Positions 50,459-60,334 of a stretch of 64,000 bases of DNA are shown piece after piece. The notes beneath the pieces were generated by a model that had not been told where the DNA came from, did no database searches, and saw nothing but the letters and a program-made list of their open reading frames with translations. Made by a program: the position numbers and the translations under genes. The stretch comes from Candidatus Bathyarchaeia archaeon (GTDB lineage: Archaea > Thermoproteota > Bathyarchaeia > Bathyarchaeales > Bathycorpusculaceae): contig JBEKTQ010000015.1 of assembly GCA_049515895.1 (NCBI GenBank), positions 25,436 to 89,435 of the forward strand, read 5' to 3'. Position 1 is the first letter of the stretch. Every line of letters starts with the position of its first letter.

Positions 50459-51610
50459 TTAGAAGAAGCTTTGGATCGGCGAGTCATTTTCGGGTTTTGC
50501 TGACCCGATTTGCACGATTTTTGTTTTTGTTAACGCTTTGATGTTGTTGAAGTCCGACATTTCGCTGTAGCTTACTAGGGTTATGGCCGTGCCATCTTCG
50601 CCTTTGCGGGCAGTTCTTCCTACGCGGTGGAAATAAACTGGTGCGTCCATTGGAACGTCATAGTTGATTATGTGTGTTATGCCTTCTATGTCTAAGCCTC
50701 TTGCGGCAACATCTGTTGCGACGAGCAAGTTTAACCTTCCCGCTTTGAAGTCGCCTATTGCCCGGTCCCTCTGCGCTTGCGTGAAGCCAGCGTGCAATGC
50801 CTGTACTCGATAACCTTTCCGATAAAGTTGATCTGCTAGTTTGCTTGTGTCCCTGCGAGTTCGACAGAAAATTATGGCTTTGTCCACCTGGTCTTCATGC
50901 ATAATCGCCAGAAGAGCAGCAAACTTGTCATGCTGCGCCACAACCGTATAGTACTGTTTCATCTGCGTTAAAGCAATTTCATCTTTGCTGACAAGAATTT
51001 TCTGCGGGCTCTTCATGTAACGGTCACAAACTCTCATAACAGACTCGTCAATTGTCGCCGAGAAGAGGCTTGTTTGCCTATCATGTGGTGTCTTTGAAAG
51101 AATATATTTGATGTCTTCTATGAAACCCATATCTAGCATTCGGTCAGCTTCGTCAAGAACCACCATACTTACGGACGATAGATTCAGTACGCGCCTTTCC
51201 ATAAGATCGATAAGTCTGCCGGGAGTACCGACGACTATATGAACTCCGTTTGACAAAGCATGAATTTGCTTGTTAATCGATTCCCCACCGTAAACAGCTA
51301 GAACCTTGACTCTCGCATACTTACCGAAACATGCCAGGCTCTGAGCTACTTGCACAGCTAATTCGCGAGTTGGGGTTAAAACTAAGCCTTGAACACCGCG
51401 AACGTCACGGTCCAACCGTTGAATCATTGGAAGGCCGAATGCAGCGGTTTTTCCTGTTCCTGTTTGCGCTTGCCCAATGACATCTTTGCCTTCGAGCAAG
51501 GGTATTATTGCCTGGGCTTGAATTGGAAAAAGACTCTCAAACCCGAGCTCTTTTACACTATTAAGGAGTTCCTCGGTTAAAGGCAAGTCCTTGAATGATT
51601 GAATTTGCAT
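50459..51610 (-). CDS. DEAD-box RNA helicase
   Basis: AQTGTGKT, PTRELA, TPGR, DEAD, SAT, ARGLD, HRVGRTAR; ATG at 51610. Confidence 0.95.
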   Translation of the reverse strand: MQIQSFKDLPLTEELLNSVKELGFESLFPIQAQAIIPLLEGKDVIGQAQTGTGKTAAFGLPMIQRLDRDVRGVQGLVLTPTRELAVQVAQSLACFGKYARVKVLAVYGGESINKQIHALSNGVHIVVGTPGRLIDLMERRVLNLSSVSMVVLDEADRMLDMGFIEDIKYILSKTPHDRQTSLFSATIDESVMRVCDRYMKSPQKILVSKDEIALTQMKQYYTVVAQHDKFAALLAIMHEDQVDKAIIFCRTRRDTSKLADQLYRKGYRVQALHAGFTQAQRDRAIGDFKAGRLNLLVATDVAARGLDIEGITHIINYDVPMDAPVYFHRVGRTARKGEDGTAITLVSYSEMSDFNNIKALTKTKIVQIGSAKPENDSPIQSFF

Positions 51611-51620
51611 ATATTTTTTT

Positions 51621-51720
51621 CCTATCACAAATGTTTCATGATTTCCTTAAAAGCCTGTGAGCTTTGTGATCCATGAGTTAATGTGATACCTCAAAAGGCA
51701 AGTTCCGCGTATAAAAACGT
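51621..51720 (-). promoter_or_regulatory. TATA-like box and hairpin-forming 5' leader of the helicase gene
   Basis: TTTTTATA near 51710-51717 on minus strand; nested complementary segments TATCACA/TGTGATA, TCATGG/TCATGA, AAAGCT/GGCTTT. Confidence 0.45.
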
Positions 51721-51875
51721 TTAGCAAAATAAAACGCAAAATGTCATATCCACAACCTCGTTTTTTAAAGATGAGAAGCATGTGACTGTCAGGGCTCAAT
51801 CACATACATAAAAGTAGTATGAAACTTCATCTGTTAATCAGCTCATCCAAGTAAAATCTATTTTGAGGCGCAAAA

Positions 51876-52148
51876 ATGAGCAAACGAAAAACGAAAAAAC
51901 CTCCACCATACTTTTACGATGGCCCCCCTCCCAGCGAGCAAGAGAAAAAAGAGGAAACCGAAGATCTCTATGACACTGAAACAAGGGAAGCAATGCTGGA
52001 AGAAGATGATATGACCGCCGCTGAAGAAGGCTTTATGAAAGGGCATGAACAAGAACCGCCAGCAAAAAAAGAAACACGTAAAAAAGCGGTAAGCCATGAC
52101 GATAGCATTTCGGTTGAATTAGCTAAAGAAGACGCAGAAGAGGACTAA
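51876..52148 (+). CDS. Small acidic hypothetical protein
   Basis: ATG preceded by GAGG; Glu/Asp-rich core DLYDTETREAMLEEDDMTAAEEGFMKG. Confidence 0.65.
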   Translation: MSKRKTKKPPPYFYDGPPPSEQEKKEETEDLYDTETREAMLEEDDMTAAEEGFMKGHEQEPPAKKETRKKAVSHDDSISVELAKEDAEED

Positions 52149-52224
52149 CTAGTTTCAAATAACTAAACAACCCAAATGCGGGCTTTTTCTTCCTATTTTC
52201 AGGCGAACCGTCTTCTTGGTCGAG

Positions 52225-52420
52225 CGATAAAGTTATTGTGATTTCGTTGCCTTTCTCTCTTAACTTTTCGAAGTTTATCTTGACATTTAAGCCTTCAATG
52301 AGCCGTTTCACAACAGCTAATCCTAAGCTTTGTCCTTTAGACTTAGTGGGAAAAAGAGGCACAAACAATTGCCTTGAAGATTTCGGAACGTCCACAACCA
52401 TATCCTTAAAGCTTATGAAC
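52225..52420 (-). pseudogene. Degenerate histidine-kinase ATPase fragment
   Basis: LFVPLFPTKSKGQSLGLAVVKRLIE resembles F/G2 boxes but is decayed; no N box or H box. Confidence 0.65.
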
Positions 52421-52519
52421 GGGCGTGCCTTAACAGAATACCAATTCTTTATTGTTAAGAACACCATTAACCATAAAAGGCAGAAAGTAGAATGATTGCA
52501 TGAGGCTTTAAAAAAACTA

Positions 52520-52666
52520 ATGTCATTTAGAGATCCGGTTTGCGGCATGGTACTTAATGAGGAAACTGCTAAATTCAAGATCACCTATGAGGGCGAAACC
52601 TACCATTTCTGTAGTCTCGTTTGCAAAAAACGATTCAAGAGACATGCCACAAAATTCGTCAAGTAG
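52520..52666 (+). CDS. YHS/TRASH metal-binding domain protein (48 aa, absent from ORF track)
   Basis: Translated by hand: MSFRDPVCGMVLNEETAKFKITYEGETYHFCSLVCKKRFKRHATKFVK; DPVCGM and YHFCS-x-C signature. Confidence 0.9.
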   Translation: MSFRDPVCGMVLNEETAKFKITYEGETYHFCSLVCKKRFKRHATKFVK

Positions 52667-52712
52667 TTTCTGCTTTTGGAAACAAAAAGAAAGGGATTAT
52701 TTAGTTTTTGGT

Positions 52713-53462
52713 TTACTTGAAGAGTTTCCACACGATGGCAGCTATTATTCCGCCGATTATAGGTGCAACCCAAAATACCCAAACTTGACTAAGGGCTGTA
52801 CCGCCGACGAAAAGGGCTGGACCCAAGCTTCTTGCGGGGTTAACTGAAGTTCCATCAATGATTATCCCTACCAAATGGACCATTGTCAACGTTAAGCCGA
52901 TGGATATTCCAGCGAATCCTTTTGGAGCCCTTTCATGTGTTGAGCCGTGAACGACAAGCACAAATATGAAGGTCAAAACTATTTCAGCGACCATCACTGA
53001 TCCCAATGAAAAGTTAAGCAGGGAAGCTGTGCCATATCCATTCTGACCTAAGCCGTAGGACGCTATGCTGTAGCTGGGGCTTCCACTAACTATCGCATAC
53101 AATATGCCTGCACCGATTATTGCGCCTATGCATTGGAAAACAATGTAGAAAACGGTGTCTTTTACACTTAATTTTCCAGCGACCAGCATAGAAATTGAGA
53201 TGGCGGGATTTATGTGACAACCGGAAATGCCGCCGATCGCATAAACCATAGCTAACACTGCAAGACCGAAAGCCAAAGCTATTCCAACGTAACCATATTG
53301 TATTCCCAGCAAATGTCCCATAACCGCGGTGCCGCATCCGATCAGAACTAGCACCATGGTTCCAATCAATTCAGCAGCATATTTTTTTATCGAGTTAATT
53401 TGCGGCATTGCCGACAATGATGACGGTACCTCTGTTAATTTATTTTCTAATTCTTCAGTCAT
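52713..53462 (-). CDS. aqpZ: MIP-family aquaporin
   Basis: AELIGT, SGCHINPA, TSVNPARS; ar/R residues appear to be F-H-T-R. Confidence 0.88.
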   Translation of the reverse strand: MTEELENKLTEVPSSLSAMPQINSIKKYAAELIGTMVLVLIGCGTAVMGHLLGIQYGYVGIALAFGLAVLAMVYAIGGISGCHINPAISISMLVAGKLSVKDTVFYIVFQCIGAIIGAGILYAIVSGSPSYSIASYGLGQNGYGTASLLNFSLGSVMVAEIVLTFIFVLVVHGSTHERAPKGFAGISIGLTLTMVHLVGIIIDGTSVNPARSLGPALFVGGTALSQVWVFWVAPIIGGIIAAIVWKLFK

Positions 53463-53550
53463 GGTTTCTTTTCCCTTTCCAGGTTTAGCTTTGTGTTTTC
53501 TAAGTTAGCGCTTATAACAGTTTCTGTAAAGAAGAGCAACTTTAAAGTGC

Positions 53551-54828
53551 CTAAAGTTTCTCTGTCGGTGAAACATCCACCATCATAAGTCCCGAAACTA
53601 TCTTAGGATAGAAATCCGTGCTTTTTTCAGGCAAAAGCTCGTGTTGCTGAGCTATCTCAGCAACGGTTTGTGCGCTAATGGGGTTTACGAGAAATGCGAT
53701 GCTTGCTTCTCCGCGATCTACTTTATCGACGGCTTCCTGTGTCCACCGCACGTATAGTATGTTTTCATCCATTTTCAGCTTGCCTGTTTTCAAGATGAGT
53801 TTAAAGACGATGTCGCGAAGGATGACAACGTCAAAGATTTTTGTTTCCTTGCACACATGGGCGGCGACAAAATCATACACGCTCTTGTCATGTTTAAGCG
53901 TCAAACCGTAAGCTTTCGACCCCGCGTAAACGCAGAAAGCATGCTCATTGACGTGAATTCTCAGAAAACTCTCCAAGGCTTCAACAGTCGGGCTAACCTG
54001 TGAAACATTAAAGAGGTTTTCGAAATCCAATAAAGCCTGATCGGTTAACGGGAATTTTTTAAGAAGGCGATGCGTTGGCAGAACAATAAGTCCTTCCTCT
54101 TGAATAGGGACCATATAGCACATGTGAAAATTAAAAGCTGCGTCCAGAGTCCACCTGCCTTTGCCCCGCATTTCATCCCGGTAAGCCAAAGCGCTCTCGT
54201 ATCTGTGATGCCCGTCTGTTATGACGACGGTTTTGCCGCTTAGTTCATCTTGAAGGTACCGAATTTTTTCGGGGTCAGTAACTCGCCAAACGGTGTGTTT
54301 AACCTGCAATGCGTCAGTAACTTGAATAATCGGTTTATACTTCGCTGCCTCGTCAAGGAAGGCCACAGTTTTCTTCTGCGGGTCTGAATAAATCACGAAG
54401 ACTGACTCGAGGTTTTTCTGAACAACGCGCAGCATTTTTAATCGGTCAGCTTTTGGCGCCTTGTACGTCCCCTCGTGTGGGAACACCATATTCTCAGCGT
54501 AGTCGTAAAGCCGAATGGCAGCGATGAAACCCGTACGCTCAAGTTTTTTTCCATCCAAAATGAATTCCTGACGTGAAACGAAAATTGTTGGCTCATCATC
54601 TTTGGCGAGTACACCTTCTTTTAGCCACTGCCCAATTCGCTGCCTTGCAGCTTGGTACTTGTTTTCCTCCATCGGCAAAATAAGCCGACAGTAATTGAAG
54701 GGTGATTTTCGATAGTATTCTTCTTGCATGGCGGCATCGATTTTGTCGAAAGGTTGAGTTATGAGATTCGCCAGATTCCCAGCTTTTTGGGTGTAACGTA
54801 TAGCTTTGATGGATCTAATATCAACCAA
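53551..54828 (-). CDS. DUF1015 family protein
   Basis: PFDKI, PHEGT, KADRL, ITDGHHRY, LPTHR, KSTDFYPK. Confidence 0.88.
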   Translation of the reverse strand: MVDIRSIKAIRYTQKAGNLANLITQPFDKIDAAMQEEYYRKSPFNYCRLILPMEENKYQAARQRIGQWLKEGVLAKDDEPTIFVSRQEFILDGKKLERTGFIAAIRLYDYAENMVFPHEGTYKAPKADRLKMLRVVQKNLESVFVIYSDPQKKTVAFLDEAAKYKPIIQVTDALQVKHTVWRVTDPEKIRYLQDELSGKTVVITDGHHRYESALAYRDEMRGKGRWTLDAAFNFHMCYMVPIQEEGLIVLPTHRLLKKFPLTDQALLDFENLFNVSQVSPTVEALESFLRIHVNEHAFCVYAGSKAYGLTLKHDKSVYDFVAAHVCKETKIFDVVILRDIVFKLILKTGKLKMDENILYVRWTQEAVDKVDRGEASIAFLVNPISAQTVAEIAQQHELLPEKSTDFYPKIVSGLMMVDVSPTEKL

Positions 54829-54938
54829 ACGTTTCAGCTCGCGAGTAATGTTTTCAAGCGCAAGTCACCATTCGACCTTGCCCTTAAGAAGCCCGTTGCT
54901 GCGGTGGAGCGCTCGACGGGTAATGAAGATTTTAAGCT

Positions 54939-56015
54939 TCACTCTAATCCCCAGATTGAGTCAATCAAGCTTGTCACTTCTATTATACCCTGCAAGTTCC
55001 ACTCGCCCATGTGCCCTATTCGGAAGGTTTTGTCAGCTAGTTTCCCGTAACCGTTAGATATCACGTACCCTCTCTCGCCCAACTTCTGGTTAAGTTCCTT
55101 AAAGTTTTTGCCAAGAGTATTCCTTACACAGCTGACCGTTATCGACTCGTATCCTGGTTCAGGGAACATTTCAAAATGCTTCTTTGCCCACTTCTGCGTA
55201 TACATCGCCATATCCAAGTGACGCAAATAGACTCTATCGTAAGTTTCTTGAAGAAGCAGATCCAGGCGTTTATTCAATGAGTAAAGTAAAGGTATGCACG
55301 GCGTAAATGGCGTCTGATGCTTCTTCTCGAACTCGAAGATTTCAACTAGGTCGGTGTAGGTGCCCCTGTTTTGCACTTCTTTAGCCCTATCAAGTGCCCT
55401 GTCGTTAACTAACGCGATCGTTAATCCCGGAGGAAGAGCGAAGCATTTCTGGACCGACGCAAAAATGATGTCGCAACCAACCTCACTTGGCAAGGTTTTG
55501 TCCCCAGCCATCGAGGAAACCGCGTCGACAGCGTAAATGACGCTTGGGTATTTTCTTCGCACCAGCTTCCCGATTTCAGCAATAGGGTTCCGGACGCCCG
55601 TTGAAGACTCATTGTGACAAACCGTCAAAGTGTCATATTCTCCGCTGTCCAACTTCGCGGCCACCATCTCCGGCTTAACAGCTTTGCCCCAGTCAACTTC
55701 CAAGAAATCAGTCTCTCTACCGCAGGCACGCAGGGTTTCGGCAGCTCGCTGCGCAAAAGCACCGTTTACGCATGCTAAGGCTTTCTTCTTGACTATGCTC
55801 CTGCCCACTATGTCGAACCAAAGTGTTCCAGAGGAGGTAGTAACCGTCGGCTTGACATCTGTTGAGAGCTCGAAGTACTTTGCTATCTTGTTGGTTATTC
55901 CGCCGTAAAGCTCCGCGAATTCAGCGCTTCGATGTCCAATTAGAAGACGCGCTTGCTCGTTAAGTATTTCCTGGCTAACTTCCGTTGGCCCAGGAATCAA
56001 GAGTTTCTTATGCAT
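54939..56015 (-). CDS. Class V PLP aminotransferase (serine-pyruvate/phosphoserine type)
   Basis: LIPGPTE, HRS-EF, HNESSTG, VDAVSS, SVQKCFALPPG, FRIGHMG; ATG at 56015. Confidence 0.9.
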   Translation of the reverse strand: MHKKLLIPGPTEVSQEILNEQARLLIGHRSAEFAELYGGITNKIAKYFELSTDVKPTVTTSSGTLWFDIVGRSIVKKKALACVNGAFAQRAAETLRACGRETDFLEVDWGKAVKPEMVAAKLDSGEYDTLTVCHNESSTGVRNPIAEIGKLVRRKYPSVIYAVDAVSSMAGDKTLPSEVGCDIIFASVQKCFALPPGLTIALVNDRALDRAKEVQNRGTYTDLVEIFEFEKKHQTPFTPCIPLLYSLNKRLDLLLQETYDRVYLRHLDMAMYTQKWAKKHFEMFPEPGYESITVSCVRNTLGKNFKELNQKLGERGYVISNGYGKLADKTFRIGHMGEWNLQGIIEVTSLIDSIWGLE

Positions 56016-56330
56016 GCCTAAACCTTCCACAAGAACGTTTAACACTTAAAATATAAGGGTTATGTGCTGAAAAAAGAGTCTTTCCTAGTTCAATTCTCTC
56101 TAAACCTTTAGCTGTTTCAGCTACATTGCTATGCCAGTCTAGCTTGGCGGCTTCAAAATTTTCTGAGCAGCTGAGCGTATATTATTACCTGCGCTATTTC
56201 CTCCGGTTGACGCAAAGTCAGGTAGCTCTTGAAACATTAATTGATTAGTAATATATCTGAAAAAGAAATCTAGTTATTAAGTAGTCAGGCTGAGAAAGTA
56301 AGGTAGAAGGGAAAAGGAGAAGGCTTCTTC

Positions 56331-56675
56331 ATGTTAAAGAAAGAGGTAATTCCCAGTTTACTCATCCTCCTTATGGGAACATTGGACTGCGTAACTACCA
56401 TCATTGGGGTAGCTTATTCGGGCGCTAAAGAATTAAACCCCGCCATGGCAATCATTGTTGACAGCAACGTAGGGGCCTTTTTGGTTGTCAAAATCGCTGC
56501 AACGATATTCATGGCAGTCTCATATGTTTTTGCAAGACAAATCCTGGAGCATATGCCTAACAAAAACGGCAAAGCCTTCTTTTACTCAATAAAAGCCCTG
56601 ACAATAGCCTACGTAGGTCTCATATGCTTTCTCGCTTTAGCAGTAGTAAACAATCTTCTAATCCTCATAAAATAA
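56331..56675 (+). CDS. Small membrane protein (DUF5658-like)
   Basis: LDCVTT-IG, ELNP, VK, VVNN motifs in three TMs. Confidence 0.7.
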   Translation: MLKKEVIPSLLILLMGTLDCVTTIIGVAYSGAKELNPAMAIIVDSNVGAFLVVKIAATIFMAVSYVFARQILEHMPNKNGKAFFYSIKALTIAYVGLICFLALAVVNNLLILIK

Positions 56676-56836
56676 ACCGTCGATTGATTACTGCTTTTTC
56701 CGTCTTCTTGGATGCAAAATATGGATTAGAAAAACATAAATAAAATATTCAAGCACAATACATCAGGACACTGCAGCAGCAAGTTAAGAAACGCTTAATT
56801 GTAGCTACCATTAATACTAACAGATGAGAGAGGAAA

Positions 56837-57349
56837 ATGAAATTCAGCCTATTCCGCAAGCAGAAACAGAAATCCAATCCAGAACAACCAGCTGCGCCTC
56901 CTCAAGAAAAACCTAAAGAAGAAGTTGAGCCCGAAGGACCCCAACAGGAAGCCGCTGCGCCCATTGAGTCAACCTCTGTGGAATCCGCTCCATTACAGGA
57001 AACCGTTTCAGTTACGCCGGAAAAGAAACTTGAAACCGCTGAGCAGCTTAGCAAAACTTACCTTAAAGCTATGCCTCTTAAAACCGTAGCCGACGTAGAA
57101 AGCGTTAAGAACGAGGTTAAGAACGGCAACATCATCATTCTCCGTGTTACCCCTCTTGCTAGCAGAAGCATCGATGACGTGAAAAACGCCGTAAACGAGC
57201 TTACTCAATTCGCCGAATCAATCGGCGGCGACATCGCACGATTAGGCGAAGAACGCGTGGTTATCTGTCCAAAAAACATCAGAATTTGGCGCGAAAAAAC
57301 GCCTGCTCCAACCAATCTTTTACCTACCGCTGCGCCTACAGCAGCCTAA
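56837..57349 (+). CDS. sepF: Cell division protein SepF
   Basis: MKFSLFRK amphipathic N-term, acidic linker, EVKNGNIIIL, IGGDIARLGEERVVICP. Confidence 0.88.
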   Translation: MKFSLFRKQKQKSNPEQPAAPPQEKPKEEVEPEGPQQEAAAPIESTSVESAPLQETVSVTPEKKLETAEQLSKTYLKAMPLKTVADVESVKNEVKNGNIIILRVTPLASRSIDDVKNAVNELTQFAESIGGDIARLGEERVVICPKNIRIWREKTPAPTNLLPTAAPTAA

Positions 57350-59303
57350 ACGTTTCCAGTATTGCCGGCGCAACCGTAGGGATGCCTACTTTGTTGTCTA
57401 AGTAGTTAGCGAAATTCATGGTTTTCTGTTTTTCTCCGTGGCACACAAATATGCGTTCTGGCTTAGGCGCAAGATGCGTTAGATAATTTACGAGTTGGCG
57501 CCTGTCTGAGTGCCCGGAAAATCCCTCTATTGATTCAACTTGCAGCTTGACACTGAGCGCTGCCATTTTGCCTTCGTTGTCCATCATGGTTACTTCGCTG
57601 ACGCCTTTCTGGACTCTCCTGCCCATGGTGCCTTCAATTTGGTAGCTGACGAAAATTATTGTGTTTTTATCGTTGTTTGCCCAGTTTTTGAAGTATTCAA
57701 TTACGGGTCCGCCTTCAAGCATACCTGAAGTCGCCAACACAATGCATGGTTCTCCCTCGATGATGCTTTGCCTAACGCTTGGATGCTCCACAATGGTGAA
57801 GTAATCGCTTTGGAACGGGTTAATCCCCTCATGCAGGATACTGTGACGCACTTCCCTGCCTAAATATTCAGGGTACGCCGTATGGATAGCTGTGGCTTCG
57901 CTTATCATGCCTTCGATAAAGACTGGCGCTTCCTTCATTAGGCCCCTTTTCATGTAGCCGTCGATGATAAGCATGATTTCCTGTGCTCTTCCAACAGCAG
58001 GCACCGGAATGAGAACTTTGCCTTTGCGTTCCAAGGTCTGGTTTATTATGCGGGTCATAGCTTCTTCAGCTTCAACCCTTGACGGCATAATGTCATCTGC
58101 ACCGCCGTAAGTGCTTTCGGTAATTACAGTTTCGATGCGTGGAAACTCTGTTGCTGCAGCCTCAAGCAGCATCGTTCTAGCGAATTTATAGTCGCTTGTG
58201 TAAACGATGTTGTGCAAACCTTCACCTATATGCAGGTGAATCATGGAGCCACCTAAAATGTGGCCAGAATTATGAAGAGTCAAACGAATGTCAGGTGCAA
58301 TGTCTGTGACGACGCCATACCGTAATGGAATTGTATGCAGAACGCATTCACGAACGTCCTTTTGGTCATAATAAGGTGTAACACCCTGCTTGCTAGCTAC
58401 GTCCAAATAATCCAGCTGAAGCATCGTCATCAAATTTGAGGTTGGCGCAGAACAGTAAATTGGTCCATCATAACCGTACTTGTATAAGAAAGGCGCTAAA
58501 CCGCAGTGGTCAAGGTGCGCGTGGCTAATTACAACGGCGTCCAATGAGTCAATCTGAAATTCTGGGCAGTCAAAACGTGGGAACGATTCAAACGGCCTGT
58601 TTGAACCAGGGTTAATGCCGCAATCCAACAGCACGCTACTTTCCCGAGTTTTAATCAGGAAGGCTGAGCGTCCGACTTCTTGTGCACCGCCAAGAACTGT
58701 CATGCGGACGTCGCCGACGTCGTAGCATTTTGGCCTAAAGATTCTTTCGCCGACTGTGCGGAGGATTCTTTCCCGCTCCTTGCTTTCCGAGTGCAAGTAG
58801 TGACGCATGTGAGTGACAATCTTGGATTTAATCGGCGGGCTTCGTAGCACATGGGGGCGCCACTTGGTTTTCTTGATGATTTCCTGCAAGACAGCGCCGT
58901 TTCTGCCAATTACTAAGCCGGGCTTCTTTGTTTCAATAATTATTTCTCCGAGGCTTGGGTCAAAGTTTATGTCGGTGACTTCAGCTTCCGCAGGAATCAA
59001 TTCTCGAGCGATTCTTTCCGCCTCAACCTCGGGAATTCTAACTGAAGGGTCAGGCCGAATGACTATCCGCTTTCGGATTACACCCACGATTTCCGCTACT
59101 ATGCTGCTTTGTTCAACCAAAATTTCGGGTTTCTTGGTGTAAACGGCGAGCATTGGCCCTTCATATTCTATTCTGGTTACTTCCACTTCCCTTGGAACTT
59201 TCTGCAAAATGTACTGGCTAATTTCTATCTTGTCTCGATCTTTTTCTTGAGATCTCGCCAAAAATTTAACTTCCTGCTTTAAGAAGACCGGATTTTTCCT
59301 CAT
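57336..59303 (-). CDS. fttA: Beta-CASP ribonuclease aCPSF1 / termination factor FttA (likely TTG start near 59261)
   Basis: KH domains (IEYEGP, KPGLVIG), GGAQEVGRS, SHAHLDH, ESTYGG, GFSGHSD. Confidence 0.95.
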   Translation of the reverse strand: MRKNPVFLKQEVKFLARSQEKDRDKIEISQYILQKVPREVEVTRIEYEGPMLAVYTKKPEILVEQSSIVAEIVGVIRKRIVIRPDPSVRIPEVEAERIARELIPAEAEVTDINFDPSLGEIIIETKKPGLVIGRNGAVLQEIIKKTKWRPHVLRSPPIKSKIVTHMRHYLHSESKERERILRTVGERIFRPKCYDVGDVRMTVLGGAQEVGRSAFLIKTRESSVLLDCGINPGSNRPFESFPRFDCPEFQIDSLDAVVISHAHLDHCGLAPFLYKYGYDGPIYCSAPTSNLMTMLQLDYLDVASKQGVTPYYDQKDVRECVLHTIPLRYGVVTDIAPDIRLTLHNSGHILGGSMIHLHIGEGLHNIVYTSDYKFARTMLLEAAATEFPRIETVITESTYGGADDIMPSRVEAEEAMTRIINQTLERKGKVLIPVPAVGRAQEIMLIIDGYMKRGLMKEAPVFIEGMISEATAIHTAYPEYLGREVRHSILHEGINPFQSDYFTIVEHPSVRQSIIEGEPCIVLATSGMLEGGPVIEYFKNWANNDKNTIIFVSYQIEGTMGRRVQKGVSEVTMMDNEGKMAALSVKLQVESIEGFSGHSDRRQLVNYLTHLAPKPERIFVCHGEKQKTMNFANYLDNKVGIPTVAPAILETFRLL

Positions 59304-59910
59304 CAGATAGTTCGCGGTAACCGTTCTTATCTATTACAGTAATATTGTAGTTGTTGCCGCTTGCAACGTCCCGTTTCATAGCTGCATTAACAGCCTTAAC
59401 AATCGTAGGGAGCAACTCGGCGATGGTCATGCCTTCACGATACTTGTCTTCAAGTATGCCATAAGCGATCGGGGAGCCGGAGCCGGTTGAAACTGATTTT
59501 TCCTCTGTCAAGCTCCCGTACGGATCCAAATTGTAGACGTGTGGCCCAGTGTCGTCTACGCCGCCGACAAGAACTTGAGTTGCCAATGGAACATAACGTG
59601 CTGAAAAAAGCAGGTTTGCAACAAGTCTTGCTGCTGAGCTGATTGGCATGGGCCTGTTCAAGTTTATTTTGTAAAGCTGCGCGTTCGCCGTGAGTATATC
59701 CACAACTTTTTGGGCATCTGCCACCGTGCCAGCGATCGTCATGCCCATGTGGTCATCAATCTTGTAAACTTTCTTCCCGAATTTATGGGCGACATAGAAA
59801 CCCATAGTTACTCGTGTGTCTGAAGCTAAAATCACGCCATCTTTGCAGACGACGCCTATGGTAGTGGTTCCTTTAAGAACTAATTGACTAGCATTATTAT
59901 TTTGTGACAT
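59266..59910 (-). CDS. psmB: Proteasome beta subunit
   Basis: Propeptide then G/TTTIG, AGTVADAQ, STGSGSP, RDVASG; ATG at 59910; adjacent to aCPSF1. Confidence 0.95.
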   Translation of the reverse strand: MSQNNNASQLVLKGTTTIGVVCKDGVILASDTRVTMGFYVAHKFGKKVYKIDDHMGMTIAGTVADAQKVVDILTANAQLYKINLNRPMPISSAARLVANLLFSARYVPLATQVLVGGVDDTGPHVYNLDPYGSLTEEKSVSTGSGSPIAYGILEDKYREGMTIAELLPTIVKAVNAAMKRDVASGNNYNITVIDKNGYRELSDEEKSGLLKAGS

Positions 59911-60334
59911 AGTTTTGTGCTCCCCTAAAACTCCGTTACGCAGATTGCCATTCACTAGGAAGTAGCAACATCTAATCTTTCCGTGAACTTAATTAATATT
60001 TCGCCCCCGCTTCAGCTAACATGTTAACCTTCGAGCAACATCAAGAAAACAAAATCAGAAAATCCCATGAAAATGGTGTTTTTGCAAATTTACAGCGGGA
60101 TGGTGTTTGAGAGCTGGTGTATTGGTTCTAACCCGCCTTTAGCCATGGTAATTCCTTATTGATTGTTTCTTGACTAATTTTAATCTCTGTGCCTTTATTA
60201 TTTCTATCTAGTTTTAAAGTTTCTAGATGTTTCGTTGGATAGTTAAAAAAACTAACACATCTTCTTGAATACTGGCCTGATTTATCCTAGCGCAAGCTCT
60301 AAATTGAGAGCGGCCAGATAGGTAATCGACCAAA

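Noticed and set aside
56185-56226. GACGCAAAG and TACCTG/CAGGTA pairing, reminiscent of a c-di-GMP-I riboswitch
   Set aside because: The upstream GCAAA and GNRA tetraloop stem are missing; probably chance. An Rfam cmscan would settle it.
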